From contig JBAZEU010000001.1 of assembly GCA_041653755.1 (NCBI GenBank), forward strand, positions 1,398 to 65,397: 64,000 bases of DNA, read 5' to 3'. The notes beneath the pieces are model-generated. The model was not told the DNA's origin and did no database searches. It saw only the letters and a program-made list of their open reading frames with translations. Of the stretch, positions 28,181 through 38,026 are shown one piece after another (the first letter of the stretch is position 1; every line of letters begins with the position of its first letter). The translations under genes were made by a program, and so were the position numbers. The DNA is from Minisyncoccota bacterium (lineage in GTDB: Bacteria; Patescibacteriota; Minisyncoccia; UBA6257; UBA9933).

Positions 28181-28555
28181 TTAGGCCTCGTTCCTAAGCA
28201 CGGATTTGGCGAAAAAGGTGATTATCGTATTAACAAAGCTTACAATTAAAGTGGCAAAAAGTAAAGCTTTCAATGAAGAAATTACGATGTATGCCGGGAA
28301 AAGATAGGCGAGGAGCCACAAAAGGGCAGCGTTGACTATAATGATCCCAAGCCCAAAAGTCAGAAAAATGACGGGCGACAAGACAATTTTTAATATCGGC
28401 CTGATGAATATGTTAATTAACATTAAAACAGCCGACACTATGAGTAAGGCCTTTATGCTATTGGAAACGCTGAAACCGGCCACAAAATGCTTGGCTAATA
28501 GTAGTCCTGTTAAGCTCGACACGAAAAGAATGATGACGTGGTTGACGAACTTCAT
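28181..28555 (-). CDS. YvlD/phage holin family 4-like membrane protein
   Basis: NIFIRPILKIVLSPVIFLTFGLGIIIVNA. Confidence 0.85.
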   Translation of the reverse strand: MKFVNHVIILFVSSLTGLLLAKHFVAGFSVSNSIKALLIVSAVLMLINIFIRPILKIVLSPVIFLTFGLGIIIVNAALLWLLAYLFPAYIVISSLKALLFATLIVSFVNTIITFFAKSVLRNEA

Positions 28556-28571
28556 AATTGCATTGATTGTA

Positions 28572-30113
28572 TCAAATATTGAGGTATTTTACCAGATTTT
28601 GGCCGGTCATCTCTTCGGCTTTCTTAACTTCTAAGAGTTCCAAGACGGTCGGCGCTATGTCTGATAGAACGCCGATAACGTTTTTTATCTCTTTCTCGGC
28701 TTGGAGCGGATCTTTTTGACGCTGAAGATTTTTCGCTATTAAATAGAAAGGCACCGGATTATTGTTGTGCTTGGTTTCGATTTGGCCGGTCATTGGATCA
28801 AACATTTTTTCAATATTACCGTGGTCAGAAGTCAACATTAAAACCGCATCGTGCCCCAAAACAGTTGTAATGACTTTCTCAAGCATCTGGTCGATGATTT
28901 CCACTACCTTTTTAGTCGCTTCATAATTGCCGGTGTGGGCGATAATGTCAGAGTTGGCATAATTAACCAAGATGAAATCAAAGGCCTTTTCTTCTATCGC
29001 TTGGATAAGACGGTTAGTAATTTCATTGGCTCTCATTTCCGGATGATCGTCCGGTTTTAGATCCATTCGTGATGGGATAAGAATTCTGAATTCATTCTCA
29101 AATGGTTTCTCAACTAGTCCGTTGAAAAAATAGGTGATATGGGCATATTTTTCGGTTTCGGCCAGACGCAATTGAATCTTTCCGTTATCAGCCAAAATTT
29201 TTCCCAAAGGATTTTTCTCTTCTTCCGGCGGGAAAGCAACATTCACCTTGAAATCGTCGCGATAACTTATCATCGTAGCGATATAAAGGTTTTCGAATTT
29301 TTTTACCGGGAACTCTTTGAAATCTTTATTTATGAACGTTTCAACCATTTGACGCATTCTGTCCTCGCGGAAATTAAAGAAAATAACACTGTCGTTATCT
29401 TTAATCCCAGCATCGGGTTTCAGAAACATTGGTTCAACGTATTCATCATTAAGTTTTTTATGCGTTTTTTTGATACTCTCTTCGTAATTTTCAACCGAGG
29501 GAGAATCACCGACTAAAACTTTATAAGTTTTTTCGGTTCTGTCCCAATGCTTTGCCCGGTCCATTGCCCAATATCGTCCGGCTAAACTGGCGACGTTTTT
29601 TACTTCTTCACCAAGGCCCTTAATAAGTTCTAAAGATGAATAAGGTGGGCTGTCACGGCCGTCAGTAAAAAGATGAAGATTATATTTAACGCCTTCCTGT
29701 TTGGCGAATTTTATCAAAGCCATAAGATGTTCGGTGCTGGAATGAACATAAGTGGAAGGCGCGCTTAAAAGACCAACAATGTTTACAGAAGAATTATTTT
29801 TTTTGGCGTTTTCAAAAGCGCCTTTTAGGGCTTTATTTTCAAAAAAACTTCCATCGCGGATTGATAAAGCGATTCTTGGATAATTCTGATAAATTACCCG
29901 GCCTGCTCCCAAAGTAAGGTGACCGACTTCACTGTTGCCCTCTTCGTTCCAAGGTAGACCAACAGCAATACCAGAGGCCTGAAGCAGTCCGCAAGGGTAA
30001 TTATATTTTAGAGAATTAAAAACTTTTGGTTTGGCAGTATAGATAGGATTCGATTCGTTCATCTCTCCTTCTCCCCAGCCATCCAAAATCATTAAAACAA
30101 CAGTTTTGCGCAT
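28572..30113 (-). CDS. gpmI: 2,3-bisphosphoglycerate-independent phosphoglycerate mutase
   Basis: LMILDGWG, GNSEVGH, DGRD, AETEKYAH, TSDHGN. Confidence 0.97.
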   Translation of the reverse strand: MRKTVVLMILDGWGEGEMNESNPIYTAKPKVFNSLKYNYPCGLLQASGIAVGLPWNEEGNSEVGHLTLGAGRVIYQNYPRIALSIRDGSFFENKALKGAFENAKKNNSSVNIVGLLSAPSTYVHSSTEHLMALIKFAKQEGVKYNLHLFTDGRDSPPYSSLELIKGLGEEVKNVASLAGRYWAMDRAKHWDRTEKTYKVLVGDSPSVENYEESIKKTHKKLNDEYVEPMFLKPDAGIKDNDSVIFFNFREDRMRQMVETFINKDFKEFPVKKFENLYIATMISYRDDFKVNVAFPPEEEKNPLGKILADNGKIQLRLAETEKYAHITYFFNGLVEKPFENEFRILIPSRMDLKPDDHPEMRANEITNRLIQAIEEKAFDFILVNYANSDIIAHTGNYEATKKVVEIIDQMLEKVITTVLGHDAVLMLTSDHGNIEKMFDPMTGQIETKHNNNPVPFYLIAKNLQRQKDPLQAEKEIKNVIGVLSDIAPTVLELLEVKKAEEMTGQNLVKYLNI

Positions 30114-30154
30114 ATGTTTATTTTAACAGACAATTTCTTGAGTACCAATAAATA

Positions 30155-30189
30155 AAAACCACCGTTAGATCAAAGACCTAACGGTGGGG
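30155..30189. terminator. intrinsic terminator of the 30218-30439 cassette
   Basis: CCACCGTTAG/CTAACGGTGG stem; T-tract on the - strand. Confidence 0.7.
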
Positions 30190-30217
30190 TGTTGCGAGGA
30201 GAAATGAATCCAGTTAT

Positions 30218-30439
30218 TTAATCTTTTCGTTTTACTATTTTTACTATTTCCCCTCGGACAGGATCAAAATAGACAGTCTCTTTTTTCTTTGCGTTTAGAG
30301 ATCCTAGATTATGTAGATATCTTCTGCGGCGTCGAAGTTCCCAGAGAAAGATAAACGATTTTAGATTGTCTATCCACGGTGTGAACATACACAGAAGAAT
30401 ATATATCAGAAAGCCGATGCAAACAATTTGCAAAACCAT
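30218..30439 (-). CDS. small hypothetical membrane protein (self-contained cassette)
   Basis: AGGAGG SD, TTGACA promoter at 30539-30534, downstream terminator. Confidence 0.6.
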   Translation of the reverse strand: MVLQIVCIGFLIYILLCMFTPWIDNLKSFIFLWELRRRRRYLHNLGSLNAKKKETVYFDPVRGEIVKIVKRKD

Positions 30440-30594
30440 AAACCTCCTTGATTGTTAAATAGCGAGTCCTTATCACGTCATTGTGATCAAGGGTTAATGC
30501 GATATTCTATATATTAGCACATCGTTACTAAAGTGTCAAGATAGTCCTCTGCCATCGCATTGACTTTTTAAAACGCCGGGCATATACTAAAAGG

Positions 30595-30800
30595 CGTAAA
30601 CTTAATATTAATTATTTCCCATTCCCTAACGAATTCGGAAAGTACTCGTTAAAGTTTAATGAAAAATTTTAGAATAACTATTGGAAAAGATTCTGAATCA
30701 GGACTATACGATGGAGGGCTCTAACCTTTCCAGCGGTTTTTAATTTTTCTTTCAATAACTTTGCGATTACTCCTTTAGAAGTTAGAGGAAAATTTTTGCT
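30595..30800 (+). ncRNA. structured RNA upstream of rny (candidate 6S RNA or leader)
   Basis: Promoter TTGACT(30560)-N17-TATACT; long-range TATTGGAAAAGA/TTTTTCTTTCAATA stem; TGGAGGG/CCTTTCCA hairpin. Confidence 0.35.
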
Positions 30801-32327
30801 ATGAACGCTTTAAATTCGCTTTTTGGCGTGTCTCTATTAATTTTAGGCAGTATTGTCGGCTATTTTTTACGACAAACAATTGTGTCCAAGCGAACCAAGT
30901 CGCTTGAGCAAGTTATTAAAAAACAGCTCGAAGAATCAAAAGCCAAAGTCGCTGATATTGTTTTAAAAGCCCAAGAGAAAGCCGCTGATTTGTTGGAAAA
31001 ATCGACCATCGAAGAGAAAGAAAGGAAAACCCAGCTTTTAAAACTGGAAGAAAGATTGCTAAGAAGAGAAGAAATTTTAGATCAAGAATCAGCTGGATTA
31101 AAAACCAAAGACCAGCAAAATCAGCAAACTGCCAAAGAATTAGAAGAAACGAAAGTTGAAATCAGTAGTCTAAGAAATGAAGCAATCATCCAATTAGAAA
31201 AAGTCAGTGGATTTTCAAAAGACGAAGCCAGAGAAGTTTTGTTGAAAGATGTTCGGGAACAATACCAAAAAGAATTGTCTCAATCGCTTGAAAAGCTGGA
31301 GAAAGACAAGAAAGAAGTGTTAGAAAAAAAGTCGTTGGAAATTATGACTACGGCTATTCAACGTTTAAGCCGTTCTCATGTGGCCAATGTTACTACGACA
31401 AACTTTGATTTAAAGAGTGAGGATTTGAAAGGAAAAATTATTGGTCGGGAAGGAAGAAACATTAGGACACTAGAACGATTAACAGGCGTTGAATTAATTA
31501 TTGATGAAACACCGGATAGCTTGGTTATCTCCTCTTTCGACCCGGTTAGACGTGAAATTGCCCGGTTGACCTTAGAAAAATTAATAGCTGACGGAAGAAT
31601 TCAACCAGCTAAAATCGAAGAAAAGGTTGAAGAAGCCAAGCAGGAAATAAATAAGAGAACCATCGAGGAAGGAGAAAAAGCTGCTTCTGAATTAGGAATC
31701 TATAACTTACCGAAAGAACTTGTTCAGCTTTTAGGCCGTCTTTATTTCCGCTTCAGTTTCGGCCAGAATGTTTTGCTTCATTCAATAGAAACAGCACATT
31801 TATCTTCAATGATTGCTTCAGAATTGGGGATTAAGGTAGAGGTGGCCAAAAAAGCAGGCTTACTTCACGATATTGGGAAATCGATTGACTACGAAGTAGA
31901 AGGCAGTCATGTTGAACTAGGCAGAAAGATTCTTAAAAAATACGGCATTGAAGAAGATGTGATTAAAGCGATGGAGTCCCATCACGAGGATTATCCATTT
32001 GCTACTTCGGAATCGTTTGTGGTAGCAGCGGCTGACGCTATTTCAGCTGCCAGACCGGGTGCCAGAAGAGACAGCTTGGAAAATTACATCAAGCGCTTAG
32101 AAGAGCTTGAGAAAGTGGCTGTTGCTTTTAAAGGCGTGAAAAACGCTTATGCTATTTCTGCCGGCCGAGAACTGCGAGTTTTCATTGAGCCGGAGAAAGT
32201 TGATGACTTTGGCGCTCTACAATTAGCCAGAGAAATTGCTTTAAAAATAGAGTCAGAGTTAAAATACCCCGGTGAGATAAAAGTTACGGTTATCAGGGAA
32301 ACCAGAGCGGTTGAATACGCAAAATAA
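30801..32327 (+). CDS. rny: ribonuclease Y
   Basis: N-terminal TM and coiled coil, KGKIIGREGRNIR KH domain, GLLHDIGK HD domain. Confidence 0.97.
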   Translation: MNALNSLFGVSLLILGSIVGYFLRQTIVSKRTKSLEQVIKKQLEESKAKVADIVLKAQEKAADLLEKSTIEEKERKTQLLKLEERLLRREEILDQESAGLKTKDQQNQQTAKELEETKVEISSLRNEAIIQLEKVSGFSKDEAREVLLKDVREQYQKELSQSLEKLEKDKKEVLEKKSLEIMTTAIQRLSRSHVANVTTTNFDLKSEDLKGKIIGREGRNIRTLERLTGVELIIDETPDSLVISSFDPVRREIARLTLEKLIADGRIQPAKIEEKVEEAKQEINKRTIEEGEKAASELGIYNLPKELVQLLGRLYFRFSFGQNVLLHSIETAHLSSMIASELGIKVEVAKKAGLLHDIGKSIDYEVEGSHVELGRKILKKYGIEEDVIKAMESHHEDYPFATSESFVVAAADAISAARPGARRDSLENYIKRLEELEKVAVAFKGVKNAYAISAGRELRVFIEPEKVDDFGALQLAREIALKIESELKYPGEIKVTVIRETRAVEYAK

Positions 32328-32432
32328 GGGATACTTGACGAAGCTTGATTTAGTTAGATAAAATCTGTATTATTTGGGCAGCAGAATAACAAAGGTCGAG
32401 AAAGACAAAATTTTACAAATTTTTTAAATCAT

Positions 32433-32708
32433 ATGAACAAAGTAGGATTAACCGAAGCTGTAATGAAAGTCGCCGAGATCGAAGTTAAGAAACAGGCAAT
32501 AGCCGCTGTTGACGCGGTTTTCGATACAATCGCTTCAACTTTAGGCCGTGGCGAAGAAGTAGCAATTGCTGGTTTTGGAACTTTTAAGGTTGCCAAGAGA
32601 GCAGCCAGACAGGGAATTAACCCACGAACTGGCGAAAGAATTCAGATCGCCGCTTCCATCAAGCCAAAATTTAGAGCAGGTAAAGCGCTAAAAGAGGCAG
32701 TTAAATAA
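32433..32708 (+). CDS. hup: DNA-binding protein HU
   Basis: GFGTF...RAARQGINPRTGERIQI...PKFRAGKALKEAV. Confidence 0.97.
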   Translation: MNKVGLTEAVMKVAEIEVKKQAIAAVDAVFDTIASTLGRGEEVAIAGFGTFKVAKRAARQGINPRTGERIQIAASIKPKFRAGKALKEAVK

Positions 32709-32723
32709 GTACTTAATTTAGAA

Positions 32724-32754
32724 ACAAAAAATCCCCGATCGGGGATTTTTTGTT
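32724..32754 (+). terminator. intrinsic terminator
   Basis: ACAAAAATCCCCGATCGGGGATTTTTTGT palindrome. Confidence 0.8.
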
Positions 32755-32856
32755 TGGGGTTGTTTGTCTGAAAACTATTTTATATAATATTTTAAGCAGG
32801 ACATTTAAAAGTTTTTTACAGGGTTTTTCGAGTGGTTGGGTTAACAATAAGGAGGA

Positions 32857-33063
32857 ATGATGTTGCAACAAATTAAGCAAATAATTATCAGGGAGTTTTC
32901 AGAATACATTTATTGTTGTAAAATGCGTGGATTTTGGCAATCACTTGCAACGTTGCTTGGGTTTCTTATTGTCGTCGTTATGATTTATCTAATTTGTTGG
33001 TACGTCAATCGGAGAGTAAGTAATCGGCCGATAAGTTGGCTAAAGCAACAACGCCGAGATTAA
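32857..33063 (+). CDS. small hypothetical membrane protein (self-contained cassette)
   Basis: TAAGGAGG SD; one TM helix; terminator at 33082. Confidence 0.55.
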   Translation: MMLQQIKQIIIREFSEYIYCCKMRGFWQSLATLLGFLIVVVMIYLICWYVNRRVSNRPISWLKQQRRD

Positions 33064-33081
33064 AAATCTGCGGTCGACAAA

Positions 33082-33114
33082 ACGGGGAGGGCACATGCAG
33101 TTGCCCTCCCTTTT
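33082..33114 (+). terminator. intrinsic terminator
   Basis: GGGAGGGCA/TGCCCTCCC stem followed by TTTT. Confidence 0.75.
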
Positions 33115-33136
33115 CCATTTATAAAGTAATTATTTT

Positions 33137-33922
33137 TTACAGTTTTTTTACGACTGCACTCATTTCTATGAATGCTTCGTAGGCGGATTTTATTTTTGTA
33201 AAGCCGTCTTCCAAGAGCAGTTGAAGTTGGGAGGCATCAACTTGACCCTCGTTTATTTCGACATCTATGGTCGAACTCGCATTTGCCGTTGAGGTAGCTA
33301 TCTCTTCGGTTGTCGTGGCCGGAGTAGATGTGGCTGAGAAATAGTCGTCAATGATTGTTTTTGCTTTTTCAAACGATTGGTTGGCGTCTCCAAGATTTTG
33401 TCTGGATTTATCCAAAAGCAGGTTCAGTTGAGTTATTTGGTCAACGCCCAAGTTTCCTAACTTTTCAACGTCTTTTTGGACTTTATTTAATCGGTCATTA
33501 GCAGTATCTAGCATCGCTCTCTGTTGGACTAAAAGGGAAAAGTTGATAATTATTTGAGCTTGAAGATTATAAGTATTTTCTCTCCAATTTTTATATTCGA
33601 CAGCCAAGGTTTTTAAAGAAGCAACACTCTTTGCCTTAGAGATTTTTTCGCTGACTTCCTTATTATAAGCATCAAACCCAGAAAGTATTTCTGACAGTTT
33701 AGTCTTTTCTTGAGCATATTCTGAGTTTCCGTCTAGTTGCAGATCATCCAAACTCTTATTTAGGTTTTGAATTTCTGCATTAGAAAGTTCCATAACCTTA
33801 TGGAAAGATTGCTGGCGGTTGGTGAAATCTTTTGATGGGGTAGCGGCTAAAACAAAAAAAGGGCTTATAGCCAAAGAAAAACAAATAGCTGTGACAAGTT
33901 GTAGCTTAAATCTTTGTTTCAT
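33137..33922 (-). CDS. secreted helical/coiled-coil hypothetical protein
   Basis: Signal peptide, heptad pattern, ATST-rich linker; downstream of the ECF sigma operon. Confidence 0.7.
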   Translation of the reverse strand: MKQRFKLQLVTAICFSLAISPFFVLAATPSKDFTNRQQSFHKVMELSNAEIQNLNKSLDDLQLDGNSEYAQEKTKLSEILSGFDAYNKEVSEKISKAKSVASLKTLAVEYKNWRENTYNLQAQIIINFSLLVQQRAMLDTANDRLNKVQKDVEKLGNLGVDQITQLNLLLDKSRQNLGDANQSFEKAKTIIDDYFSATSTPATTTEEIATSTANASSTIDVEINEGQVDASQLQLLLEDGFTKIKSAYEAFIEMSAVVKKL

Positions 33923-33961
33923 CTAAAAGCGTTATAGCGGGCAGTACGCCCGATATATTCA

Positions 33962-34429
33962 TTATTTTACTAAATCGTTTAGGAGTTGATCAATTGTTTC
34001 AACAGAAGAAGAGACAGTAGATGTGGTATTGGCAATAGAGTTGTTTTTAGAGATGCTTTCCAGAGTACTCTTGGTAATTTCTTGAGACATCTGATGATAT
34101 TTTATTTCATTCAAATTGATGTTGATAGATTGGTTTATTTGGTCAGCTTCGGCAGAAATATTTTTGTCATTTAAGCCGGGCAAGAATAAAGGGGAAATGA
34201 CAGTGTTTAAATACAAGGCGCTGATGAAAATCACAAGCACTAACGCGCTAGCCAAAACAACGCCGCTGGAAAGTCGAAAGCCAGTAAGCGTTTTTTGCCA
34301 GACAGACGTTGCTTCGATAGGACTAATTCTCGGAGAATTTACAATTAAAGAAAGCGACTTTAAAGAATAGTCGTTGCCTGGCTTAATTGTTTTTAGATTT
34401 TTTAGTTTTCCTTCAATATTTTCCATCAT
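33962..34429 (-). CDS. putative anti-sigma-like single-TM protein
   Basis: Overlaps the ECF sigma stop; central TM helix. Confidence 0.55.
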   Translation of the reverse strand: MMENIEGKLKNLKTIKPGNDYSLKSLSLIVNSPRISPIEATSVWQKTLTGFRLSSGVVLASALVLVIFISALYLNTVISPLFLPGLNDKNISAEADQINQSININLNEIKYHQMSQEITKSTLESISKNNSIANTTSTVSSSVETIDQLLNDLVK

Positions 34430-34959
34430 TTTTCCAAAATGTTTCTTAAGCTTTTTAAAGCGCGATGTTGGATGATTCTTACGGCTGTTGGCGTTTTTTT
34501 AAGAGCCAAAGCGATCTCCTGCGGCGATAATTCTTCGATATAGCGCATAATAATCACGTCTTGCTGGTCTGGATTCAATTGCCTGATAGCGGTTCTTATT
34601 TTTTTAACTTCTTCATCTAAATCAATCTTATCTTCAACTTTTTTGTCTTCGCTGGCTATCTCTGGAACTTCTTCTATATCAAGTTCAATCTTTTGCGTTC
34701 GGTAAACATCAATCACTTGATTGCGGGCGATTCGGTAAAGCCAACTCGATAAAGGCAGTTTTTGATAAGTAAATCTTTCTATGCTTTGCCAGGCCTTTAG
34801 AAATACCTGGTGAGTGAGGTCTTCGGCCTCTTCTCTTTTGCTTAGCTTGATATAAATAAATCGGTAAATCTGGGGCTGATAGTGGCTGTAAAGCAGGCCA
34901 AATGCCTTCTCGTCGCCATGGATTGCCTTCTCTATTATATTTTGTTCATTATCTAACAT
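34426..34959 (-). CDS. ECF-type RNA polymerase sigma-70 factor
   Basis: AEDLTHQVFLKAW, WLYRIARN, LNPDQQDVIIMRY...EIA. Confidence 0.93.
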   Translation of the reverse strand: MLDNEQNIIEKAIHGDEKAFGLLYSHYQPQIYRFIYIKLSKREEAEDLTHQVFLKAWQSIERFTYQKLPLSSWLYRIARNQVIDVYRTQKIELDIEEVPEIASEDKKVEDKIDLDEEVKKIRTAIRQLNPDQQDVIIMRYIEELSPQEIALALKKTPTAVRIIQHRALKSLRNILEK

Positions 34960-34994
34960 AGAAAACGAAAATGGGCGTATTTAGTTTCATCGTG

Positions 34995-35065
34995 AGCGGG
35001 ATACCGGAATCGAACCGGCGTCTTGACCTTGGAAGGGTCGTATACTGCCACTGTACTAATCCCGC
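34995..35065 (-). tRNA. tRNA-Gly(TCC)
   Basis: GCGGGAT/ATCCCGC acceptor stem, loop CTTCCAA, GGTTCGATTCC, U discriminator. Confidence 0.95.
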
Positions 35066-35123
35066 GCCAAAATTTAATCTTATCATTTTTGCCTTGCCTT
35101 TTTCAATGAGATTGGTTTAGAAT

Positions 35124-35738
35124 ATGAAGATGATGTCTAAACCCGGCTTTAGATTGCCTAAGAAATTTCGAGCCATTCTTATTTTTATAGTTATTATTTT
35201 GGTTGCCTATCTTTTGATCAGAATGATTCCGACCGGCGCACAAAAAGTGCCGAAAGAATTTTTGGAAGCGAGGGCTAATGCTTCCCCAATTGCTCAAGAT
35301 ATAGTAAATAATTCTAACGACTTGACTAAATCTCTTGATCAAGTTGCTCAGTTTGATTCGGAAAAGAAATATACCGAAGCTATTAATTTTTTAACTAAAG
35401 AAATTGATCGCAACAAAGACATTAATCAGAAAGCTATCAAGCTTTCAGAAGAGTTAGGGAAGATGGCAACGGCCGTTCCGAATATTTCTCCAGCCAGCGC
35501 AAGCCAGTTAGCGCTCCAAGCGATTAGTTCAGAGACCACCCTGATTAGTCGTTTGATCGTTTATAATGGTTATCTTGGCCAACTTTTGGAAGAGTTGCGA
35601 TTAAAGTTTCTTGGTCAGAAAACGGATGGTCAAACAATCAAGGATCTTATAGGTAAAATTAATGACGAGGTGAAAAATATCAACGCGCTTAACGTTCAAT
35701 TCAATTCTTCGATGGACAAACTGGACGGAGGAAAGTAG
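35124..35738 (+). CDS. hypothetical membrane-anchored coiled-coil protein
   Basis: N-terminal TM helix, helical remainder. Confidence 0.7.
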   Translation: MKMMSKPGFRLPKKFRAILIFIVIILVAYLLIRMIPTGAQKVPKEFLEARANASPIAQDIVNNSNDLTKSLDQVAQFDSEKKYTEAINFLTKEIDRNKDINQKAIKLSEELGKMATAVPNISPASASQLALQAISSETTLISRLIVYNGYLGQLLEELRLKFLGQKTDGQTIKDLIGKINDEVKNINALNVQFNSSMDKLDGGK

Positions 35739-35741
35739 TTC

Positions 35742-35812
35742 GGGCTCATAGTATAGTGGTAATACACCGCATTCGCATTGCGGAAACGCGAGTCCGATTC
35801 TCGCTGAGTCCA
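35742..35812 (+). tRNA. tRNA-Ala(CGC)
   Basis: GGGCTCA/TGAGTCC acceptor with G3:U70, loop TTCGCAT, variant T-loop TCCGATT. Confidence 0.9.
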
Positions 35813-35929
35813 CATCTAGTTATCCACAATGGACGGCTTCACAGGGCCGTTTTTTTGGTATAATAAAGGAAAGGAAGTAAAGGTCGAAAATTTAAGCATT
35901 TAACACTATTATTTAAGTAAATATAAAAT

Positions 35930-36610
35930 ATGTTAGCTCAAAGTTGGACAGAAATCATGGTTAGCTCATTCCAGAATGTCTGGATAAACGTAATTAGTTA
36001 CTTGCCTACTTTTATCGGCGCTTTGATAGTTTTGTTGGTTGGTTTGGCTATTGCTTCTCTTTTGGGGAAACTCATCGAGAAGCTTTTTAAGGCCATTAAG
36101 ATTGATGAATTTTTCCAGAAAATCGGTTTGACTAGATATGCCGAAAAAGGAGGTTTTCAACTTAAGGTTGCTTGGTTTTTGGGACGGCTAGTTTATTGGT
36201 TTTTTGTCATTGTCATTGTTTTGGCATTAGCTGATAAATTAGGATTTGTCGCTCTTTCCAGTTTCTTGCACGACATTCTCTTGTATGTTCCAAATATCAT
36301 TGTTGCAATCTTGATATTGTTGGCTGTAATCGTTGTCGCTAATTTTCTTCGTTCAATCGTTAAGAAAACAGTTCAGACCACTAAATTTGGCGGCGCTGGA
36401 TTTTTAGCAACTCTCACTTGGTGGGTAGTTGTTTTGTTCGGTGTTGCGGCCGCGTTGATTCAGCTTCAGATCGCAGTAACAATTGTTAATACAATTGTCA
36501 TTGCTGTGATTGCTTCATTCGCATTGGCCTGTGGTTTGGCTTTCGGTCTTGGCGGGAAAGACGAAGCAGCCAGAATGTTGGAGAAATTCAGAAAACATGT
36601 AGAAGAGTAG
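35930..36610 (+). CDS. small-conductance mechanosensitive channel TM-helix (CmpX-like) protein
   Basis: YLPTFIGALIVLLVG and YVPNIIVAILI repeats; ALACGLAFGLGGKD. Confidence 0.85.
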   Translation: MLAQSWTEIMVSSFQNVWINVISYLPTFIGALIVLLVGLAIASLLGKLIEKLFKAIKIDEFFQKIGLTRYAEKGGFQLKVAWFLGRLVYWFFVIVIVLALADKLGFVALSSFLHDILLYVPNIIVAILILLAVIVVANFLRSIVKKTVQTTKFGGAGFLATLTWWVVVLFGVAAALIQLQIAVTIVNTIVIAVIASFALACGLAFGLGGKDEAARMLEKFRKHVEE

Positions 36611-36623
36611 AATTCAGGAAATC

Positions 36624-36660
36624 AAAAAAACAATCCGCCCGAGGGCGGATTGTTTTTTGT
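36624..36660. terminator. intrinsic terminator
   Basis: AAAAAACAATCCGCCC-GA-GGGCGGATTGTTTTT. Confidence 0.8.
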
Positions 36661-36688
36661 TAAATAGTGTTTAATAATAGAACGTAGA

Positions 36689-37927
36689 ATGAATTTCAAA
36701 AACCTGAAAAAAATTGATTCAAGTCTATATGATCTGCTGTTTTCTGAAATAAAAAGACAGCAGGATACGATTAATTTAATTCCTTCGGAGAACATTGCTT
36801 CGGAAGCGCTTTTAGAAGTTTTAGGTTCGCCTTTAACTAACAAATATTCCGAGGGATGTCCGGGAGCCCGATATTATCCGGGCAATTTTTATTATGACGA
36901 AATTGAAAAATTGGCTCAAAATAGGGCTTTGAAGGCGTTTAAATTAAGCTCTAAAAATTGGTCAGTTAATGTCCAGCCCTATTCTGGTTCACCGGCCAAT
37001 TTAGCAATATACGCGGCTCTATTAAAGCCAGGCGACACGATTATGGGGATGAGTTTGTCAGCTGGCGGACATTTAACTCACGGTCATAAAGCAAATTTTT
37101 CCAGCCAGTTATATAAATCAGTTCAATACAGCGTTAATCCAGAAACTGGTTTAATCGACTATAAACAGCTTGAAAAATTAGCAAAAAAATATAGGCCAAA
37201 AATTATTATTTCCGGCGCCACGGCTTATCCGAGGAAAATAGATTTCAAAAAGATTGGCGGGATTGCTAAAAAAATTGGCGCTTATCATCTGGCCGATATT
37301 TCTCATATATCCGGCTTAGTCGTTGCAGGATTACACTCCACTCCGTTTCCATGTAGCGATGTTGTGATGACAACTACTCACAAAACATTAAGAGGCCCAA
37401 GAGGAGCAGTAATTTTTTCAAGAAAAAATATCTCCGAGAAAATCGATAAAGCGGTTTTTCCGGGAATGCAGGGCGGACCGCACAATAATGTAATCGCCGC
37501 TATTGCTCTAACTTTTTCCGAAGCCATAAAACCAAGTTTCAAGAATTATCAAAAACAAGTTATTAAAAATAATAAAGCTTTATCAAATACTTTGCAGAGT
37601 TTTGGTTTTAAGTTAATGAGCAACGGCACTGACAATCATTTACTATTGATTGACCTAAAAAATTTGAAGATTGACGGTTATGCAGCTGAACAGAAATTGG
37701 AGAAAGCAGGGATTATTGCTAATCGTAATACGGTAGTTGGCGATAAAAATCCAAGAAGACCTAGCGGTTTACGCTTAGGCACTCCTTTTGTTACTAGCCG
37801 AGGCATGAAAGAGAAAGAGATGAAAAAGATTGCTGAACTTATCTGCAGAGTTTTAATCAAGAAAGAAAACCCGTTGAGTATTAAAAAAGAGGTTCTAATT
37901 TTGTGTAAAAAATTCTATAAATATTAG
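36689..37927 (+). CDS. glyA: serine hydroxymethyltransferase
   Basis: LIPSEN, GGHLTHG, TTTHKTLRGPRG, QGGPH. Confidence 0.98.
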   Translation: MNFKNLKKIDSSLYDLLFSEIKRQQDTINLIPSENIASEALLEVLGSPLTNKYSEGCPGARYYPGNFYYDEIEKLAQNRALKAFKLSSKNWSVNVQPYSGSPANLAIYAALLKPGDTIMGMSLSAGGHLTHGHKANFSSQLYKSVQYSVNPETGLIDYKQLEKLAKKYRPKIIISGATAYPRKIDFKKIGGIAKKIGAYHLADISHISGLVVAGLHSTPFPCSDVVMTTTHKTLRGPRGAVIFSRKNISEKIDKAVFPGMQGGPHNNVIAAIALTFSEAIKPSFKNYQKQVIKNNKALSNTLQSFGFKLMSNGTDNHLLLIDLKNLKIDGYAAEQKLEKAGIIANRNTVVGDKNPRRPSGLRLGTPFVTSRGMKEKEMKKIAELICRVLIKKENPLSIKKEVLILCKKFYKY

Positions 37928-38026
37928 TGTAAGTTGCTATCTTTCGCGGCCGCGAGAGATAGCAACAGGACGAAAACAACAAAAAAGTTTGTGCTTTTTA
38001 TCTTTTAGTTTTAAGCTTAAACGATT

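Noticed and set aside
28181-28555. Prophage lysis gene
   Set aside because: YvlD-type membrane protein in a core context with no phage genes nearby.
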